Source of the DNA: an uncultured Bacteroidales bacterium
GTDB lineage: Bacteria > Bacteroidota > Bacteroidia > Bacteroidales > Paludibacteraceae
Assembly (NCBI GenBank): GCA_937885465.1
Contig: CAKZZM010000154.1
Coordinates: 7,760-71,759 of the forward strand
Length of the DNA stretch: 64,000 nt
Direction of reading: 5' to 3'
The translations under genes were made by a program, and so were the position numbers. The notes beneath the pieces are model-generated. The model did not search any database, had not been told where the DNA came from, and saw only the letters and a program-made list of their open reading frames with translations. This document shows positions 59,379-64,000 of this stretch, in pieces (the first letter of the stretch is position 1; each line of letters opens with the position of its first letter).

Positions 59379-61496
59379 ATGGACCTAAGATACAAGGAGT
59401 TAAAATATTGCAAGGGGGTAGGCCCGAAGCGGGCTGAAATCCTAAGAAAAGAGTTGCATATCGATACGGCTCTTGACCTCTTGTATCTGTTCCCTTATAA
59501 ATATATTGATCGGTCGCACTTCTCGTATATCAGAGATATCAGCAGCGAAGATGAATATATGCAGATTGTCGGCATTGTCGTAGATGTGCAGACTGTAGGA
59601 ACGGGCAAAACGAAGCGAATGACTGCAGAGTTTGCCGATAGAAATGGTGATACGATAGAGCTTGTTTGGTTTAAAGGGTTGCAATACCTTAAAATAGAAA
59701 CGGGTGTTCCTTATATCCTTTTCGGCAAACCGTCTTTCTTCAATCATACCTTTAATTTTGCCCATCCCGATCTTGAGAAAATAGTGTCGCAGGAGCAACT
59801 GCAGACGCGTTGCGGACTCGAGCCGCATTATAACACGTCAGAGAAGATGAAGTCGGGCGCGTTGAATGATAAAGCAATGCGCACCATCATTCAAGGTCTG
59901 ATGCCTGACTTAAAAGAAGGTATTCCCGACACTTTGCCCGATTGGTTTATAGAGGAGAATCATCTTCTTCCGCTCACAGACTCGCTTATCAACATCCATT
60001 TCCCGGCAAATGGGAGAATTCTTCAAAAAGCAAAGGAGAGGCTTAAGTTTGAGGAATTGTTTTTTATCCAACTGCAAATATTAAAGCAGGCAAAGCGGCA
60101 GCAGATGCAGTCTGTCGGATTTCGTATGCCTATCGTGGGCAGGAATTTCAATAATTTCTATTATAATTATCTGCCTTTTCAGCTGACAGGTGCGCAGATG
60201 AGAGTGGTGAAAGAAATCAGGGCTGACTTTGTGTCGGGAAAGCAGATGAATCGCCTATTGCAAGGTGATGTAGGAAGCGGCAAGACCTTAGTTGCTCTGC
60301 TCTGCTCATTGCTCGCCGTAGATAACGGCTTCCAGACTTGCATAATGGCACCGACGGAGATACTTGCTAATCAGCATTTCCTGACGGTAACTCAAATGCT
60401 GCGGGGGATGAGCGTTAATGTTCGATTACTGACGGGCAGTACCAAGCAAAAGGAGAGGAGAGAGTTGTTGCCCGCATTGCAAAAAGGAGAGATAGATATT
60501 CTTATAGGAACGCACGCTTTGATAGAGGATAATGTCGTTTTTGCCAATCTTGGTTTGGTGGTGGTTGATGAGCAGCATCGTTTCGGCGTGGCTCAACGTG
60601 CCAAACTATGGGCAAAAAACCTTCAGCCTCCGCATATACTCGTCATGACGGCAACGCCCATTCCGAGAACTCTCGCAATGACCGTTTATGGAGACCTGTC
60701 GGTTTCTGTTATCGACGAACTGCCGCCCGGGCGTAAACCCGTAAGGACATTGCATTATAATATACAAAGGCGGCAACAGATAGATAATTTTATTGAGCAG
60801 CAGGTAGAGAAGGGCAGGCAGGTGTATGTCGTTTTTCCCCTTATTGAGAAGCGTGATAAGAAGAATAAGGAAGAGGAGCAGAAACAACTTGCGGACCTTG
60901 TGTCAGGATATGAGCGTATCTGCCATAGGTTTCCCGAATATAATATATCTATGGTGCACGGCAAGATGAATCCAAAGGAGAAGGACTTGCATATGCGCTT
61001 ATTTGCTGAGGGAAAAACGCAGATTCTTGTAGCGACAACGGTGATAGAGGTGGGAGTCAATGTACCCAATGCCTCGGTGATGATAGTAGAGAATGCCGAT
61101 AGATTTGGTCTGTCGCAACTCCACCAGCTGAGAGGTAGGGTAGGACGTGGTGCCGATCAGAGTTATTGCATACTGCTGACCGATTTCGCTCTCTCAAAAG
61201 ACACCCGTAAACGCATGGATATAATGGTCGCCACCAACGATGGTTTCCGTATCGCAGAGGCAGATCTGCAGTTGCGCGGACCGGGCGACCTTGAAGGTAC
61301 GCAGCAGTCAGGTCTGCCGTTTGAGATGCATATAGCTTCGCTCGCCACCGACGGACAGCTGTTAGAGAAGGCAAGAAGAGTGGCACAAACGATTTTGGAA
61401 GAAGATCCCGAGCTTGCATTGCCTAAAAACAGTCTGCTACAGACAGGACTATCTAAACTAAAAAACAGTACCACCGATTGGAGCGAGATATCGTAG
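59379..61496 (+). CDS. recG: ATP-dependent DNA helicase RecG
   Basis: 705 aa. Wedge domain, then helicase motifs GDVGSGKT, VVDEQHRFG, MTATPIPRT, QLHQLRGRVGRG. Confidence 0.95.
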   Translation: MDLRYKELKYCKGVGPKRAEILRKELHIDTALDLLYLFPYKYIDRSHFSYIRDISSEDEYMQIVGIVVDVQTVGTGKTKRMTAEFADRNGDTIELVWFKGLQYLKIETGVPYILFGKPSFFNHTFNFAHPDLEKIVSQEQLQTRCGLEPHYNTSEKMKSGALNDKAMRTIIQGLMPDLKEGIPDTLPDWFIEENHLLPLTDSLINIHFPANGRILQKAKERLKFEELFFIQLQILKQAKRQQMQSVGFRMPIVGRNFNNFYYNYLPFQLTGAQMRVVKEIRADFVSGKQMNRLLQGDVGSGKTLVALLCSLLAVDNGFQTCIMAPTEILANQHFLTVTQMLRGMSVNVRLLTGSTKQKERRELLPALQKGEIDILIGTHALIEDNVVFANLGLVVVDEQHRFGVAQRAKLWAKNLQPPHILVMTATPIPRTLAMTVYGDLSVSVIDELPPGRKPVRTLHYNIQRRQQIDNFIEQQVEKGRQVYVVFPLIEKRDKKNKEEEQKQLADLVSGYERICHRFPEYNISMVHGKMNPKEKDLHMRLFAEGKTQILVATTVIEVGVNVPNASVMIVENADRFGLSQLHQLRGRVGRGADQSYCILLTDFALSKDTRKRMDIMVATNDGFRIAEADLQLRGPGDLEGTQQSGLPFEMHIASLATDGQLLEKARRVAQTILEEDPELALPKNSLLQTGLSKLKNSTTDWSEIS

Positions 61497-61510
61497 CGTG
61501 GAATGTAAAA

Positions 61511-61691
61511 TCTTCGCTGGTAGTGGAGAACGTCTCCGAACGTTCGCAAGCGGTACTTGGTCACTTGGTACTTGGTACTTAGTACTTGGTCACTTGGTGT
61601 TTTTTTTGCTTGCGTAACCCGATTTTTATTATTAATTTTGCAAACTCTTCGCTGGTAGTGGAGAACGTCTCCGAACGTTCGCAAGCGGTAC
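61511..61691 (+). repeat. 46-nt perfect direct repeat (61511-61556 and 61646-61691), each containing RepA, flanking a RepE block and a -7 box
   Basis: TCTTCGCTGGTAGTGGAGAACGTCTCCGAACGTTCGCAAGCGGTAC occurs twice, 135 nt apart. Confidence 0.95.
61633..61640 (+). promoter_or_regulatory. -7 box TAatTTTG for the acyl-CoA ligase gene
   Basis: Exact match 100 nt upstream of the ATG at 61740. The second 46-nt repeat copy would lie in the 5-prime UTR. Confidence 0.4.
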
Positions 61692-61739
61692 ATAGCGTAA
61701 GCAGTACTTCATTTATCCTTTGTGCATTATTTTTAAGCG

Positions 61740-63395
61740 ATGAAGAAACATTATCTTGAATATCTGACAGATGTGATGCAGCACCAATGGGACGATGCTG
61801 CGCTTACTAACTATGGCGAACAAGCCGGTTACACTTTTAAGTCTCTTGCAGAGCAGATGCTGCGCCTGCATGAGCTATTCCGCATATTAGGTATAAAGAA
61901 AGGCGATAAGATAGCCCTTGCAGCGAGGAACTCAGCCAACTGGGCAGCCGCATATCTTGCTATCGCTTCATACGAAGCGGTGGTGGTAAGTATCTTGCAA
62001 GATTTCAAGGCGGAAGATATAGATAACCTCGTCAAACATTCAGATGCCAAGGCGTTGTTCGTCGGACCATTCGTTTGGAGAGAGTTGCAAAATCAACCAT
62101 TATCATCTATTGAAACCATTATCTCTCTGACTGATTTCTCTCTTATCCGTCAGAAGCAGGATGGCGAAAAAGAGCAAATGAGTTCTGATGCTATCTATGC
62201 TCTTATAGATAAGGCGTTGATGCAAAAATTTCCGAAGGGACTTCAGCCGGACGATATTTTCTTTACGGCGGACCCCAATGCGCTTGCGCTCATTAACTAC
62301 ACTTCCGGTTCAATGGGGTTGCCTAAAGGCGTGATGCTCAACGGGCGGTCGCTCTCAAATAATGTAGAGACTGGTATGTCGGTGTTGCCTGTTGAGCCGG
62401 GGCAGAGTGTAGTGTCGATGCTGCCGCTTGCTCACATGTTCGGGCAGATTTGCGAATTTCTTTATCCGCTTTGTTCGGGAACGCATATCTATTTCCTAAC
62501 GAAGACACCTACGCCGTCAGTGCTGCTAAAAGCCTTGCAGGATGTGCAACCGTATATGGTTGTTACAGTGCCTTTGGTGATAGAAAAGATCTATTCCAAA
62601 AATCTTAATCCGCTGTTGTCGAAAACGGTAGTCCGGATGTTTTGGAAGATGCCGGGAGTGGGAAATATTTTCAAATCTTTTGTTAAGAAAAAACTTAAAA
62701 AAGCCTTTGGCGGCAATATAAGATATTTCCTTTGCGGTGGTGCCGCCATCAACCCTGAGGTGGAGAATGCACTGATGGATATTCACTTCCCGCTTTCAGT
62801 AGGTTATGGTATGACGGAGTGCGGACCGCTCATCGGTGGCAATCCGCCGAAGTATTTCGTGGCGCAATCAGGAGGCGTGCCTGTTCTGAATACGGAGGTG
62901 AAGATTGATCAGCCTAACGAAGAAGGAATAGGTGAGATACTCGTAAAAGGCGAGAATGTGATGATGGGGTACTATAAGAACGAAGAAGCTACCAAAGCCG
63001 CTTTCAATAAGGAAGGTTGGATGAAGACGGGCGACCTCGGCTATTTAGATAGTCGCAAGAATATCTTTATCAAAGGAAGAAATAAGACTATGATTCTCGG
63101 TGCCTCAGGGCAGAATATCTATCCGGAAGATATTGAAAATAAACTGAATAATATGGATGCAGTGGGTGAGAGTATTGTTGTGGAGAGAGAAGGAAAACTC
63201 ATTGCGCTTATCTTCCCCGATGAGCAGGCAAAGAAGCGATTCTCTTTGGAAGAACTGCAGAATGTGATGAGAGAGAATCTTCAAAAACTCAATAAGCGCA
63301 TTCCCGGATATTCGCAAGTCTCCAATATCGAAATCAAAGACGAACCTTTTGAAAAAACGCCAAAGAAGAGTATTAAGCGCTTCTTATATAAATAA
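61740..63395 (+). CDS. AMP-dependent synthetase / long-chain-fatty-acid--CoA ligase family protein
   Basis: 551 aa. AMP-binding motif INYTSGSMGLPKGVML, then GYGMTECG, and TGDLGYLD...GRNK. Confidence 0.88.
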   Translation: MKKHYLEYLTDVMQHQWDDAALTNYGEQAGYTFKSLAEQMLRLHELFRILGIKKGDKIALAARNSANWAAAYLAIASYEAVVVSILQDFKAEDIDNLVKHSDAKALFVGPFVWRELQNQPLSSIETIISLTDFSLIRQKQDGEKEQMSSDAIYALIDKALMQKFPKGLQPDDIFFTADPNALALINYTSGSMGLPKGVMLNGRSLSNNVETGMSVLPVEPGQSVVSMLPLAHMFGQICEFLYPLCSGTHIYFLTKTPTPSVLLKALQDVQPYMVVTVPLVIEKIYSKNLNPLLSKTVVRMFWKMPGVGNIFKSFVKKKLKKAFGGNIRYFLCGGAAINPEVENALMDIHFPLSVGYGMTECGPLIGGNPPKYFVAQSGGVPVLNTEVKIDQPNEEGIGEILVKGENVMMGYYKNEEATKAAFNKEGWMKTGDLGYLDSRKNIFIKGRNKTMILGASGQNIYPEDIENKLNNMDAVGESIVVEREGKLIALIFPDEQAKKRFSLEELQNVMRENLQKLNKRIPGYSQVSNIEIKDEPFEKTPKKSIKRFLYK

Positions 63396-63430
63396 TGAGT
63401 GCTTCGTATTATGCGTGGGGGTGACATTTA

Positions 63431-63453
63431 GTGGAGAACGTCTCCGAACGTTC
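63431..63453 (+). repeat. RepA copy
   Basis: GTGGAGAACGTCTCCGAACGTTC. Confidence 0.95.
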
Positions 63454-63464
63454 AGTGGTAAACG

Positions 63465-63496
63465 TAGGGTAACATTGTGTTGCCCTATTTTTTTTG
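63465..63496 (+). terminator. intrinsic terminator after the acyl-CoA ligase gene
   Basis: TAGGGTAACattgtGTTGCCCTA followed by T9. Confidence 0.7.
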
Positions 63497-63568
63497 CAAA
63501 GTGGCATTATTGAAAATCAGTTTGTTGCAAAGAAAGTTCATTTTTTTTCAAAAAAAATCGGGTAAAAA

Positions 63569-63600
63569 TTTGGTGGGTTTGAAAAAAAGTAGTAATTTTG
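63569..63600 (+). promoter_or_regulatory. promoter candidate TTTG-N20-TAatTTTG with no ORF downstream
   Basis: TTTG at 63569-63572 and TAATTTTG at 63593-63600. Confidence 0.5.
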
Positions 63601-63606
63601 CACTCG

Positions 63607-63835
63607 CTTTTGAAAAGAGAGGCACTCGAATGTCAGTGTGACGATAGCAGTCAGTGAGATGACGAAATAGTAGAGAACATCTCCGAACGTTCAACAACAG
63701 GAGTGTTTTCGGAGTAAAAAGCGAGCCACAGTGGTGGCACCCGTACTGAAGCGCTGGAAACCGCACGATATATGCTGAGGTGTACATCGGGAAAACAGCA
63801 GGCCGACGAACTACTCAACTACGGTAGTTTTTTTT
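63607..63835 (+). ncRNA. candidate about 230-nt noncoding transcript or riboswitch-like leader (unidentified class)
   Basis: Lies between the promoter candidate and a hairpin AACTAC...GTAGTT + T8 (63810-63835). No plus-strand ORF over 25 codons. Long-range pairing CTCGCTTTT (63603-63611) / AAAAGCGAG (63716-63724), and hairpin GCCACagtgGTGGC. Contains a degenerate RepA (63670-63692). Confidence 0.3.
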
Positions 63836-64000
63836 ACGCCCCTAACGGTTGAAAAGCAGGTAAGAGTTGAGAGATTAGAGATAAAGTTGCAGCAGGTAAT
63901 AGAACTTGTGCAGGAAGTCGGAAGGGCGCGGAAGTCGGGTTTAGATTGACAGATTGAAAGCAAAAATGTAGTACATAACAGGAACGGCACTTATATATAG

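Noticed and set aside
3507-63692. The ubiquitous 23-nt unit might be an adapter/vector contaminant or an assembly artefact.
   Set aside because: Copies differ by point substitutions (including paired compensatory ones), occur in both orientations, are embedded in unique flanks, and are fitted to local reading frames. None of this is expected for contamination.
3507-63692. The shared CGTCTC/GAGACG hexamer of RepA and RepB might be a DNA-uptake sequence or a restriction-modification target.
   Set aside because: This is pure speculation from one window. No competence or R-M genes are visible here, and no genome-wide frequency can be computed. It is mentioned only as something to test.
63548-63787. 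Minus-strand ORF 63548..63787 (79 aa) in the terminal intergenic region.
   Set aside because: It overlaps the promoter-like and structured region, has no start context or family features, and includes a degenerate RepA. The plus-strand noncoding interpretation is more plausible, although that too is unproven.

Overview
Bacteroidales-type chromosomal segment. The taxon is inferred from the SusC/SusD pair, TAnnTTTG -7 promoter boxes, lipoprotein signals and T9SS-like secreted proteins, and is probably Prevotellaceae-like. I see about 41 protein genes plus tRNA-Arg(CCG). Housekeeping genes: an N-domain-less clpB, dnaK, smpB, gpmI, lpxB, recG, a TonB protein, two U32 peptidases and a flotillin. 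Accessory content: an agaS / gatZ-like / CE7 esterase / pfkB amino-sugar-tagatose operon; three tandem beta-helix/purple-acid-phosphatase-like metallophosphoesterase paralogues plus another beta-helix protein; a DeoR regulator; a PUL (alpha-galactosidase, SusC, SusD, PKD lipoprotein, DUF4832-like hydrolase, DMT transporter, two small secreted proteins); and a TonB-dependent receptor with an HMA-domain protein. The dominant unusual signal is a mosaic of short hairpin repeats. I name them RepA (TAGTGGAGAACGTCTCCGAACGTTC), RepB (GGTAGAGACGGTnnnnnACCGTCTCTCAA), RepC (GGGCAGAGCCCTAAAGT), RepD (TCTCGTCTTTATAAAGTCGGCATTTAATGCCGAC), RepE (GTAC-rich heptamers), RepF (GCGGACGAGCCGTCCGC), RepG (GAAAGT 7/9-mers) and RepH (GAGGCAC/GAAGCAC double hairpin). 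These fill nearly every intergenic gap, with roughly 55-60 RepA copies counted by eye. They also sit in frame inside at least ten otherwise intact genes, including lpxB (three insertions), a U32 peptidase, agaS and the SusD signal peptide. No transposase, integrase, CRISPR array or rRNA gene was seen. All family calls come from reading motifs by eye; no database search was possible.
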